Shown here: piece by piece, positions 25,442 to 34,186 of the stretch
How the letters are laid out: each line of letters opens with the position of its first letter
How positions within the stretch are numbered: the stretch's first letter is position 1
Origin: a virus
Taxonomy: Duplodnaviria > Caudoviricetes
IMG/VR virus record: IMGVR_UViG_3300048576_000598
Span: 1 to 42,140 of that record
Direction: 5' to 3' (one strand)
DNA: 42,140 nt
Made by a program: the position numbers and the translations under genes
The notes under the pieces: model-generated
Told to the model about the DNA's origin: nothing
Seen by the model: the letters and a program-made list of their open reading frames with translations, nothing else
Database searches by the model: none

Positions 25442-26832
25442 GCGGGTGCTCCCAAGCGTTCTGCGGCAACCGCATCAAAGGACTGGCCAGTGTTTACCAG
25501 CGTGACCGGCACCTCCGGGAAGTTCTGCTGGAAACGTTTGATGGTCACATCAACATACTCGGGCGCAATCTCGGTGGCCCGCACTACGCGGCCAGTGCGT
25601 TGCGCAGCAAGCAGCGTGGTGCCTGATCCGCAGAATGGTTCGAACACGATGTCGCCATCGTCGGTGTAGGTTTCCAGAATGTGCTCTGGCAGTGCCACCG
25701 GGAATACCGCCGGGTGATCGATGTCCTGTCCGATCTTTCCCTTGTGCCGCATGATGCGGATCACGGAATCCGGAATCTTGGTGTCCTGCGTTGGTGTGCC
25801 GGCAGCTGTCCAGCCACCAATCGTTCCATCTTTTTTGCGCATGGCCGTGGAACTGCCGTCCTTGCGTAGATGCGTTTCCTGACCCGCAAACTTGCAGGGC
25901 ATGATCTTGTTGGCCTGGCGTGCCTGGCGGTTGAAGTGGAAGACAAACTCGAACGAAGGTGCCAGCCGACCATTCCAGTCACCGGGCAATCCTGGCCCCT
26001 GGTCCCAGACGTACCAGGCAAAACGCCGCCAGCCCTGCGTGCGCATCCAGTCGAGCCAACCATCCCAGTAGGGTATGACCTCGTTGTCGCGATGGATCAG
26101 CCCAAGATTGACCAGCACCTGGCCGTTCGGAGCCATCGGCAATTGATTGAATACGCCGCGCATCAGGGCATCCCAATCAATGATGGTGTTCGTGTAGTCC
26201 CGCTGGTTGCCGTAGGGCGGCGAGGTGAAGCACAGCTCCGCCTGCTCGCCGGCCATCAAAGCAGCGACCACGGTGGCATCGGCGGCATCACCACAGATCA
26301 CGCGATGCGCACCCAGTTGCCAGACATCGCCCGGGCGTGTAACCGGATTGGCTGGCGTATCGGGTACCTCGTCGGCAGCATCGTCGGAATCAGCCGAGGA
26401 CTCCTCGGCCGTTCCTTCCCCACCATCCACCAGTAAGTCTTCAATTTCCTCGTTGGAAAATCCGGTCAGCGCCAGGTCGTAACCTGACTCCGTGAGTTCC
26501 GCCAGTTCGGTGGCGAGCATCTCTTCATCCCATCCCGCATCGAGTGCCAGGCGGTTGTCCGCGATTACATAGGCGCGCTTCTGTGACGGCGAGAGGTGGC
26601 CGAGTTCGATGACCGGCACCTCGGACAGGCCGAGCTTGCGCGCAGCGGCCAGGCGACCGTGTCCGGCAATGATGCCGTGGCTACCATCGACCAGGACCGG
26701 GTTGGTCCAGCCAAACTCGACGATGCTGGCCGCGAGCTTGGCGATCTGCGCCTCGGAATGCGTTCGCGGATTGCGGGCGAACGGGATCAGCGTCTCGACC
26801 TTCCGGTATTCGACGTTCAAGGTTTGGGTCAT
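25438..26832 (-). CDS. ParB-domain / N6-N4 DNA methyltransferase (SPPY)
   Basis: ParB-like N-terminus; FTSPPY, HPAVFP, EPFCGSGTT; start placed at ATG 26832. Confidence 0.92.
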   Translation of the reverse strand: MTQTLNVEYRKVETLIPFARNPRTHSEAQIAKLAASIVEFGWTNPVLVDGSHGIIAGHGRLAAARKLGLSEVPVIELGHLSPSQKRAYVIADNRLALDAGWDEEMLATELAELTESGYDLALTGFSNEEIEDLLVDGGEGTAEESSADSDDAADEVPDTPANPVTRPGDVWQLGAHRVICGDAADATVVAALMAGEQAELCFTSPPYGNQRDYTNTIIDWDALMRGVFNQLPMAPNGQVLVNLGLIHRDNEVIPYWDGWLDWMRTQGWRRFAWYVWDQGPGLPGDWNGRLAPSFEFVFHFNRQARQANKIMPCKFAGQETHLRKDGSSTAMRKKDGTIGGWTAAGTPTQDTKIPDSVIRIMRHKGKIGQDIDHPAVFPVALPEHILETYTDDGDIVFEPFCGSGTTLLAAQRTGRVVRATEIAPEYVDVTIKRFQQNFPEVPVTLVNTGQSFDAVAAERLGAPA

Positions 26833-26839
26833 GGAATGC

Positions 26840-26863
26840 AAAAACCCGCCACAGTGGGCGGGT
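26840..26863 (-). terminator. Terminator-like hairpin just before the first late gene
   Basis: Minus strand ACCCGCC-CACTGT-GGCGGGT-TTTTGCATT. Confidence 0.65.
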
Positions 26864-26874
26864 CATAGATTGGG

Positions 26875-26927
26875 TGGTAACTCGGTTCAGGTGGTAACCG
26901 GGGTGGTAACTGGTAACCCCTGGTAAC
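26875..26927. repeat. Five direct TGGTAAC repeats, candidate cosB terminase-binding sites
   Basis: Copies start at 26875, 26892, 26904, 26911, 26921. Confidence 0.7.
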
Positions 26928-26957
26928 CTCGTTTCGCGGTCTGACGCTATCGAAATG

Positions 26958-27001
26958 CCGGGCTGTCGCCCCCCGCATTGGATTTTGGCGAGGAAGGACC
27001 C
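26958..27001 (-). other. Putative cos site (cosQ + cosN)
   Basis: Minus strand GGGTCCT (identical to lambda cosQ)-TCCTCGCCAAAATCCAA-TGCGGGGGGCGACAGCCCG, similar to lambda TACGGGGCGGCGACCTCG; matches the GpA-type terminase. Confidence 0.7.
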
Positions 27002-27157
27002 CTTTTGCCTGGGCCCTCCCTCTCGGTCACGCAGCTTTCGCAACCATAGCCGTCACTGTAGGGCATTTCGCTTCGAAATGAGACACCCCCTCAGACCCCC
27101 TCTTTTGTCGTTCTCCCGAACCTCCCCTTTCCGGTTAGAAGGCTTCCGAAATTTCTA

Positions 27158-27553
27158 TCAACTCCCTTGCGCCTTGGCATGACCGTTAAGATGATCCGCC
27201 AGGGTCTGCAGTGCCTTCTGCCAATGTCGTTGCGCCGTCTTGGTACAACAGGCAAAGCGAATGCCGATCTCTCGCCATCCATAGCGCTTGGCCCGCATCC
27301 AGACCAGATGGCGCTGCTCGACCTCCAACCACTGCACCCAACGCATGACCTCGAGCATGCGGTCGATGTCCTTGGGACTTGGTGGAAAGGGTCGGTAGAC
27401 CTTCTCGTCGGCAGCCAGTGTCTCCCACTCCTGACGAACGAAGACTGGCCAAACCGTGTAGTAGCCTTGCACCCGCACTGGAGGCAGTCGGCGTCCCGTG
27501 TTGGCAGCCTCTTCCAACCTGGCCGCCACGGTATCTGTGCACCACTCAGTCAT
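27158..27553 (-). CDS. DUF6362-like protein, putative late-gene regulator (Q/sigma region 4-like HTH)
   Basis: V.ARLEEAA.T.RRLP, PSP..IDRM.E...W, C-terminal HTH (WREIGIRFACCTKTAQRHW); last early gene before cos. Confidence 0.72.
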   Translation of the reverse strand: MTEWCTDTVAARLEEAANTGRRLPPVRVQGYYTVWPVFVRQEWETLAADEKVYRPFPPSPKDIDRMLEVMRWVQWLEVEQRHLVWMRAKRYGWREIGIRFACCTKTAQRHWQKALQTLADHLNGHAKAQGS

Positions 27554-27764
27554 GACGACCTCCCTGCTTGTGGCTGGCACCGTACAGACGCTGACCAATC
27601 CGCTTCACGAACTCACGTTCAACAAAGTCCAAACGCTCATCGGACTCTGACACCACAAGGATGTGCTGGTCGCGCCAGCCACGCTCCTTGATCGCGTCCA
27701 GATCTGTGGTCTGGGGTTGCAGACGTCCCAAAGGACAGCGGTATTGGTAGTTTGGGATCTTCAT
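27546..27764 (-). CDS. Hypothetical protein (72 aa)
   Basis: ATG 27764 with AGGAG RBS, coupled to both neighbours. Confidence 0.7.
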   Translation of the reverse strand: MKIPNYQYRCPLGRLQPQTTDLDAIKERGWRDQHILVVSESDERLDFVEREFVKRIGQRLYGASHKQGGRHD

Positions 27765-27765
27765 G

Positions 27766-28542
27766 TCAAAACTCCTGTGTCTCAATGGCCCAGTGCAGAA
27801 TCGCCAGTGCGTCTGCTTCGTTGTCATCCGCAGGGGCATGGCCACGCTGTCGTGCGGCCGCCACCATCTGCTCCTTGTTCGCGTTGCCCTTGCCGGTCGC
27901 GTGCTTCTTGATCGTGCCAACCGGAACCCCTTGGTAAGGGATCTGGTGGTGCTCGCACCATGCCGTCAGATGGGCCATGAAGCCGCCGTAAGCGTGAGCC
28001 GCATCGACGCCGGCATGGCGGCGGACCTCTTCGAAAAAGACCGCATCGATCCCGTCGACCGATTGCTTGATCTCAATGAGCCAGCGCTTGAAACGCAGGT
28101 AGCGCATGCCGCCCCCTTCGAATCGTTGGGGCTTGAACGTCTCACTCCCACTGGTGATGTCGCCATCGCGCCCATGCAACGCCCAACCGGTCTGGGTGCC
28201 AAGATCAAGGGCCAGGATTGATGACGCAGGAGAAGGCAGGCCACCACCATTCCCACCCGCAGCCAACCCTCCACGTAGGGAAGAGGGAACCTTTGTTCCC
28301 TCTCCTACGTAGTAGGAGGGGGAGTTTTCGCCAACTGAAAAACCCGGAGAAACCCAGCAACGACGCGGGTTTGCGCCAGTTGGCAAGTTGGCAACACTGC
28401 CAACTGCCAACTGAACCGAATCGGAGCGAAATGCCCGTCCTGTCTGGGTTTTCAGTTGGCAGGGCCTTGCCAACTGCGGGAAGTTGGCAAAGTGGTGGGT
28501 GCAGTTGGCAGCGGTTTTTCCAACAAATGAATGGGCAATCAT
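27766..28542 (-). CDS. RuvC-like Holliday junction resolvase with N-terminal extension
   Basis: ILALDLGTQTGWA, FEEV, IKKHATGKGNANK, DNEADALAI; the most plausible start is ATG 28542, overlapping the primase stop (ATGA). Confidence 0.8.
   Translation of the reverse strand: MIAHSFVGKTAANCTHHFANFPQLARPCQLKTQTGRAFRSDSVQLAVGSVANLPTGANPRRCWVSPGFSVGENSPSYYVGEGTKVPSSLRGGLAAGGNGGGLPSPASSILALDLGTQTGWALHGRDGDITSGSETFKPQRFEGGGMRYLRFKRWLIEIKQSVDGIDAVFFEEVRRHAGVDAAHAYGGFMAHLTAWCEHHQIPYQGVPVGTIKKHATGKGNANKEQMVAAARQRGHAPADDNEADALAILHWAIETQEF
28273..28524. other. Putative replication origin: GCCAACT iterons in both orientations plus palindrome
   Basis: About nine (T)GCCAACT(G)/(C)AGTTGGCA copies in 28330-28510 and a long inverted repeat at 28273-28310, directly downstream of the primase-helicase gene. 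Confidence 0.62.
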
Positions 28543-30725
28543 GGGGCCTCCGTATCGGTCAAATCGTCGTGGTACACCCACACCTCCGGGTCTTCGACCG
28601 GCATGGCCGCGCCAGAGAGAGGGCACTTGTAATGGGTGGGGAGCACACGCTGCTCGCGCATGGGCACCTCCCCGGTTTCGTGATCAGGCTCGCCATCTGG
28701 TGTGCGCAGCAGCATGTCTTCGACGCAGAGGTAGCCGAACTTTGTGCGTCCGCAGGATGGCAAGCCGTAGTCCGCCGCATTGCGGAAATACTTGATGTAG
28801 CCTTGGGTCGACAGGGCTGAAATCCTCTCGCGGATCGTGCGCTCGCCCCCCAGGCCCGCCTTGCCCTCGAAGGTCTCGGCAAATTGGTTGGCGGTGTAGC
28901 AATTCCCCTTGGCAGCTTCCTGGAACAAGATCTCCAAGATGGCATCGCGCTTGCGCCGACGTTCGGCATCCAGGCGCTCGCCGTATTCCTTCATGACCAG
29001 GCGATCACCAGGATCGACTTCGCGCCATTCGCCTTTGAGTTTGTCGACGTGTTTGATCGGAATGCCTGCGCCATTGCGCAGCTCAAAGATCAACTGGCGG
29101 GTCGTGCGACTCTCATCGGGCCGGAACAGCAACATCCCGGTCGAGTAGTAGCCGCGCAGACTGCCAGCGCCGGCCAGCGCTTGGAACGGGTCCTCCTCGA
29201 ACTGCTTCTTGCCCAATTTCCGGGTGTGGTGGGCCAGAATCACCCCGGCATCCGGATTCACCGCCTGACGAATTCGATCCACGCGCTGCGACAGGAAATA
29301 CAGCATGGCACCGTTGTCGTTCTCGCCACCAGCATCCCCGCCATCGAACACATTGCGGATCGGGTCGATGGCAATGATGTCGGGCGGCAGGCCGCCAAAC
29401 GCATTCGCAATGGCGGGAATCACCTGCTCCAGACCGGCATCGTCGAGCACCATGCGCAACTGCGGCGTGGCGACGAAATTGACTCGGGCGTCGAGCAGGC
29501 GATGGGGCGGCAACTGAATTTCCTTCACCCGTTCGCGCAGGTAGTGGTACTGCACCTCGGCCTGCAGGTAAAAGACCCGCAAGGGGCGCGGCGGCCGCAT
29601 TCCCAGGAACGTCGCTCCGGCAGCCATGTGCGTCAGCCACGACAGCAAGAAATCACTTTTGCCCACCTTGGGCGCTCCACCAAACACGAGCAAACCACCA
29701 GGAGTCAGCACGCGTGGTGAAATCAAGTCGGGCGGCAAAGGCGACAGGTCATCCAGCAAGGCACCGAGCGTGAACGTGGGTAACAGCGCAGGCGCCGCCT
29801 TAACGATCCGCCGCTCGGCCTGCCGGATGAACTCGACGCAGTCAAATCCTTCATCGACCGCATCGGCTGCATCCCACTTTTCAGGCATGTCGGCCGGAGG
29901 CACCAAGATCGCCACGGAGACACAGCCTGCGGTAACACAGGCTTTGGCAGCGTTCTCGGCATAGTCCCAACCGGGGGCATCCCGGTCTGGCCAGATCAAT
30001 ACGGACTTACCGGCCAGGGGCGCCCAATTCGTTTTATCGATCGGCGCTTTGGCCCCATTCATCGCCGTCGTCGCCACGACGCCCAACTGAATCAGGGCTT
30101 CCGCACACTTCTCACCCTCAACCAGGATGACCTGGTTGGCATGAGCAACAGCAGGCTGGTTGTAAAGCGGTCGCGGATCGGGGGCACGCCACATCCGGGC
30201 GCGCACATCCCATGGCCGGTATTCCTTGCCAGTGGGGGGGTCGTACCGATAGACGCAAGCGATCAGCTCGCCATCTGCCGTCAGGTAGTCCCACTTGGCG
30301 GAATACGGCCCCAACTCATCGATTGGCACCGAACGTCCTTCTCGACGGGCGACGGTTTGAGCCGGTGCAGCCACGCCCAGCCATTGCCGGATCTCACTGG
30401 CCAGCCGTGGAAAGTCATGTCGGGCCGACAGTCCCTGGGATCGCGCCCACAGATCGATGATGTCGCCGCCTTCGTCGCTGGCAAAGTCCTTCCAGAGCCC
30501 CCGGCGATCGCCTTCGAGCTCCACCACAAGACTTTTGCCAGCATTGCCATCAACATCGCCGACGTAGAACTTGCCACCACGGATGCGTCCTTGTGGAAAC
30601 AGGTAGAGCAATACCGACTCAAGCCGGTCGAGCAGGCCGGCACGAAGTGCTTCGGTGTCGTTGAGTTGCGCCTCACGCGGATCGATCGCGTCATTGAAAT
30701 CGAGCCACACGATGTTTTCCGTCAT
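28539..30725 (-). CDS. Primase-helicase (Toprim + AAA_25/RepA-type ATPase)
   Basis: Toprim LVEGEK and IWPDRD; Walker A GAPKVGKS, IAIDP, AHHTRK, GAGSL; start moved to ATG 30725. Confidence 0.87.
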   Translation of the reverse strand: MTENIVWLDFNDAIDPREAQLNDTEALRAGLLDRLESVLLYLFPQGRIRGGKFYVGDVDGNAGKSLVVELEGDRRGLWKDFASDEGGDIIDLWARSQGLSARHDFPRLASEIRQWLGVAAPAQTVARREGRSVPIDELGPYSAKWDYLTADGELIACVYRYDPPTGKEYRPWDVRARMWRAPDPRPLYNQPAVAHANQVILVEGEKCAEALIQLGVVATTAMNGAKAPIDKTNWAPLAGKSVLIWPDRDAPGWDYAENAAKACVTAGCVSVAILVPPADMPEKWDAADAVDEGFDCVEFIRQAERRIVKAAPALLPTFTLGALLDDLSPLPPDLISPRVLTPGGLLVFGGAPKVGKSDFLLSWLTHMAAGATFLGMRPPRPLRVFYLQAEVQYHYLRERVKEIQLPPHRLLDARVNFVATPQLRMVLDDAGLEQVIPAIANAFGGLPPDIIAIDPIRNVFDGGDAGGENDNGAMLYFLSQRVDRIRQAVNPDAGVILAHHTRKLGKKQFEEDPFQALAGAGSLRGYYSTGMLLFRPDESRTTRQLIFELRNGAGIPIKHVDKLKGEWREVDPGDRLVMKEYGERLDAERRRKRDAILEILFQEAAKGNCYTANQFAETFEGKAGLGGERTIRERISALSTQGYIKYFRNAADYGLPSCGRTKFGYLCVEDMLLRTPDGEPDHETGEVPMREQRVLPTHYKCPLSGAAMPVEDPEVWVYHDDLTDTEAP

Positions 30726-31480
30726 CCGGCCACTCCCCAACACCGATCCTGCCATGCGCACCATTTGCACTCGAAGTGCGTCGGCGTTGTCGTGTGGCGG
30801 GGGAGTTGCTCGCCAGCTTCGGTCGCTGCGATGACATTCACGGCCCGATCCGACATCCGTTGCGCCAGACCACCATCAAAGGGCACCAACTCGAACCAGA
30901 TCTCCTGGCTGTCCTTGTTGATGGCCGTGAACAACGCTGGGTTGCGCGAGATGCCGGGAATAGCCGACTCCATGTAGGCTTGGTAGATGGCCATCTGAGC
31001 CGCGTAGACCGGCTTTGACTTGGCGACGCCCTGCTTGACGGTGTCCCGCCAAGACTTGTCGTTCATCGTCTTGCACTCCCAGAGTGCGGGGAAGTTCATC
31101 CCCAGTGACGCCGGTGCGCCATTGATCACGCCATCGACGTGGCCCTGGATGCGCCCACCGGCCACGGAAAATCCAAACTGCCCGCCTGTGGCTTTCTGGG
31201 TGTAAAGCTCAAATCCAGCCCGGCGCAACCAGCGAATGGCCAGGTCCTCCAGGGCGTGACCGACTTCAAACACGCGCAGTACGCGGCCCGAAAAATCCCG
31301 TCCAGGATCGGGGGCAATGTGCAAATACTCGTACTGCAAGGCTCGTTCGCAGGCCACGCCCAGGCGAGATGCACCGAGATAATTGCGCGGGGTCTGCTGC
31401 TGGCGTTCTGCCAGCAGTGCAGCATCGATCAGCTCACTGATCTGTTCGTGAATCTTGGGGCGGTGATTGAAATCAAGCAT
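30722..31480 (-). CDS. Cas4-like PD-(D/E)XK exonuclease
   Basis: YLGASRLG..C, GHVDG, WECKT, Y.AQ...Y and CKWC.W...C (four-Cys cluster pattern). Confidence 0.8.
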   Translation of the reverse strand: MLDFNHRPKIHEQISELIDAALLAERQQQTPRNYLGASRLGVACERALQYEYLHIAPDPGRDFSGRVLRVFEVGHALEDLAIRWLRRAGFELYTQKATGGQFGFSVAGGRIQGHVDGVINGAPASLGMNFPALWECKTMNDKSWRDTVKQGVAKSKPVYAAQMAIYQAYMESAIPGISRNPALFTAINKDSQEIWFELVPFDGGLAQRMSDRAVNVIAATEAGEQLPRHTTTPTHFECKWCAWQDRCWGVAG

Positions 31481-31902
31481 CAGAACGGCACTCCTTTCCC
31501 AGTCGCTAGCCCCTGACGCGCCAGACGTTCCTCAAAGAATGCGCGTTCCTTGGCGGCCATGCGTTCGTGCTCGGCCACCATGCAGTCCTGGTAGGCCGTG
31601 ACCACGACATCGATCAGCATCAACACCTCATCGCGGCTGTAATCCGCCAAGGGACGCTGCATGCCGATCTCACCGACGTACTCACCCAGCGGCGCCAGGC
31701 AAGCACGCATGGCGGCAATTTCCATGTCACTGGGGTCGATCATTTGCCCCTCCGTCTTGTTCATCAGTTTGGAAAACGACTCCTGACAACGACGTGAGCA
31801 GAACACCCACTGGTCGGAGTAGCGTTGGGGATCGCCCCGTTTGCGGCGGGTGTTGAACCAGCCATACCCTTTGGCTTGTCGGTGGCACACGATGCATTTC
31901 AC
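31480..31902 (-). CDS. DUF6511-like protein with N-terminal Cys motif
   Basis: C.VC...FCSRRCQ, D....E..AM; GTG start overlaps helicase stop. Confidence 0.7.
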   Translation of the reverse strand: MKCIVCHRQAKGYGWFNTRRKRGDPQRYSDQWVFCSRRCQESFSKLMNKTEGQMIDPSDMEIAAMRACLAPLGEYVGEIGMQRPLADYSRDEVLMLIDVVVTAYQDCMVAEHERMAAKERAFFEERLARQGLATGKGVPF

Positions 31903-33572
31903 GCCGCCTCCCGATAGCTGTCGTTGGCGGCCATGACCAGGCGCTGAATCGACGTTTTGTTGAACTGAAACGAAAGCAAGGCTGAGGCTTGGTAGCGGGT
32001 CATCCCGAAATCAGCACGCAGCGCTTGGGGCAGGTACTGGAGTTGCTTCGGGGTTGGCGGCTCGTTGAGCCAGCGACGCGTCTTGTGGGCCGAGTCAGCA
32101 CTTTCGTGGTCATTGAGCCAGTCATCGGCCTTGGCCATGCAGACTGTGCGCTCGCCGACCGCCAGCAGATGTGTCTGCATGCCTTGGCCACCGCCCACGG
32201 CATGCCAACGACCATTGAGGAAGAAAATGCCACCCCAGGCGTTGAAACCGGTCGCCATCAAGGCGTCATCGCTGCCAAACAGATCGCACCAGCGGAAGTT
32301 GGAACGTTTGAGCAGATCGATCTCGCTCATGACGAAATCAGCCAGCACGCCCAGATCCTGCGGTTGCCTCTCCCAAACGTAGCCACACAACGGACATTCC
32401 ATGCAGGCCAGCGGCACCACGGCACCGCAGTCGGGACAATCCTTGGTTGGCGCCGGGCCATCGTGCAGATGGCCATCGAGGTTCACCTCTTGCTCCAGCG
32501 AACCGTGCATGAGGCTCGCGGTTCCGAAATCGAGCACCAAGCAATCCGACTTGATGACGCCGGGGAACTCCTCCGGATCGACGGTACGCAGACCGCGTCC
32601 GACCATCTGGATGAAGGTGGATTTGTAAGAGCTGGGACGCAGCAGGACAACGCAACTGGTCGGCGTGTAGTCGTAGCCCTCGGTGAGCACGGCCACGTTG
32701 ACCACGATTTGCGCACGACCGTGCTCGTATTCAGCCAGGCGTGATTTGCGATCGCCATCGGACAGCTCACCGTGAATCAGGACGGAATTGATCCCGGCAT
32801 CGATGAAGGCATCACAAACGTTCTGAGCATGGGCGACGGTCGAGCAAAAGATGATCGTTTTGCGCGACGAAGCCTTTTCTTTCCAGTGCTTGATGACCGC
32901 TTCCGTGATCAAGCGCTTGTCGAGAATGGAGGCGACTTCATCCATATCGAAGTCCATCGCCGTCTTGCGGACGTTTTTCAGGGCATCCTGGACACCCACA
33001 TCGATGACGAAAGTACGCGGTGAGACCAGATGACCGGCAGCGATCATCTCCCCCAGAGTGATCTGGTCGGCCACGTTGGAGAAGACATCGCGCAGGCCCT
33101 TGCCATCGCCACGATTGGGCGTGGCGGTCAGGCCGCAGATGCCGGCCTTTGGGTTGCGTGCCAACACCGCATCGATCACCGCCCGATAGCTGGGGGACGA
33201 CGAGTGGTGGGCTTCGTCGATCACGAGCAGATCCAGTGTCGGCATCTGTTCAAGGTGAGACAGCCGTGACAAGGTCTGCACCATGGCAAACGTGGCCTGG
33301 CCAGACCAGGACTTTTCGTTGGCATCGAACACGGACGTGCTCATGCCCGGATTCACGCGTTCGAATTTGGCGCAGTTTTGGCCGGTCAACTCGGTTCGGT
33401 GCGCCAGGATGCACGCTTTGGCATCGGGCTCGACCAACACCCTGCCGGCCACCGCCGACAGCATGATGGTTTTGCCCGACCCCGTTGGCGCGACGGCCAG
33501 CGTGTTCCCGTAGGCATCGAGCGCCGACAAGGTGCGATCGACCAGCAAGGATTGACGGGGACGGAGCATCAT
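31899..33572 (-). CDS. SF2 DEAD/DEAH-box helicase with zinc finger
   Basis: LRPRQ, APTGSGKT, DEAHH, TATP, QMVGRGLR, CPDC...CPLC. Confidence 0.93.
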   Translation of the reverse strand: MMLRPRQSLLVDRTLSALDAYGNTLAVAPTGSGKTIMLSAVAGRVLVEPDAKACILAHRTELTGQNCAKFERVNPGMSTSVFDANEKSWSGQATFAMVQTLSRLSHLEQMPTLDLLVIDEAHHSSSPSYRAVIDAVLARNPKAGICGLTATPNRGDGKGLRDVFSNVADQITLGEMIAAGHLVSPRTFVIDVGVQDALKNVRKTAMDFDMDEVASILDKRLITEAVIKHWKEKASSRKTIIFCSTVAHAQNVCDAFIDAGINSVLIHGELSDGDRKSRLAEYEHGRAQIVVNVAVLTEGYDYTPTSCVVLLRPSSYKSTFIQMVGRGLRTVDPEEFPGVIKSDCLVLDFGTASLMHGSLEQEVNLDGHLHDGPAPTKDCPDCGAVVPLACMECPLCGYVWERQPQDLGVLADFVMSEIDLLKRSNFRWCDLFGSDDALMATGFNAWGGIFFLNGRWHAVGGGQGMQTHLLAVGERTVCMAKADDWLNDHESADSAHKTRRWLNEPPTPKQLQYLPQALRADFGMTRYQASALLSFQFNKTSIQRLVMAANDSYREAA

Positions 33573-33587
33573 GACGCTGGCCCTCCC

Positions 33588-34184
33588 TTACTGCGCCCAG
33601 CTCGGACGACCCGGAACCGGCGAGCGTCCGGTGGCCTGAGCATAGGAATTGGGAGCACTGGCTGCCGGGGCCGGTTGGCTGGCCCCGCCCATCAAGGCGG
33701 CATAGTCCTTGTGGTCCGGCGTCACTGCTGACTTGATGACGCACTTGTCTTGGCCGTTCTGGTCCTTTTCCCAATCGACCTTGCCCAGGAACTCGATGCC
33801 GTCGAGATCGGCAAAGCCATTGATGCGACGGGCGTTCTGTGCCGCCGGGCCGTTATCGTTGGGATGGATGGCGCGTGCCGAATTGAGAACCGCCTTGATA
33901 AAGGTTCGCCCCATGTTCGACCACTCTGGGCCCTTCGGGCTGTACAGGCCGATGAGCGACCACATCTTGCGGCGGGCATACTGCCCTTCCATCACGACAA
34001 ACTCGCAGTTCAAGTAAACCGAACCAGTGTTGTCATTGCGGGTGGCGTAACCGCCGGTCCAACCCTGTGAGGCATCATCGAAGCCACCGGGTTTGACCGT
34101 CATGCGGACACGGACCAGGGCACCCTTCGGAATCAAATCGAAGGAAGTTTGTTCGGAAGCGGAATTGAAATCGAAGAAGGACAT
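33588..34184 (-). CDS. Putative ssDNA-binding protein
   Basis: FDLIPKG, YLNCEFVV.EG.YA.RK pattern with flexible C-terminus ending PSWAQ; follows the Sak4-like gene. Confidence 0.6.
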   Translation of the reverse strand: MSFFDFNSASEQTSFDLIPKGALVRVRMTVKPGGFDDASQGWTGGYATRNDNTGSVYLNCEFVVMEGQYARRKMWSLIGLYSPKGPEWSNMGRTFIKAVLNSARAIHPNDNGPAAQNARRINGFADLDGIEFLGKVDWEKDQNGQDKCVIKSAVTPDHKDYAALMGGASQPAPAASAPNSYAQATGRSPVPGRPSWAQ

Positions 34185-34186
34185 GA

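Noticed and set aside
30722-31480. Cas4-like gene as part of a CRISPR-Cas system
   Set aside because: It sits in a phage recombination/replication operon, where stand-alone Cas4-like nucleases are common; no cas1/cas2 or array
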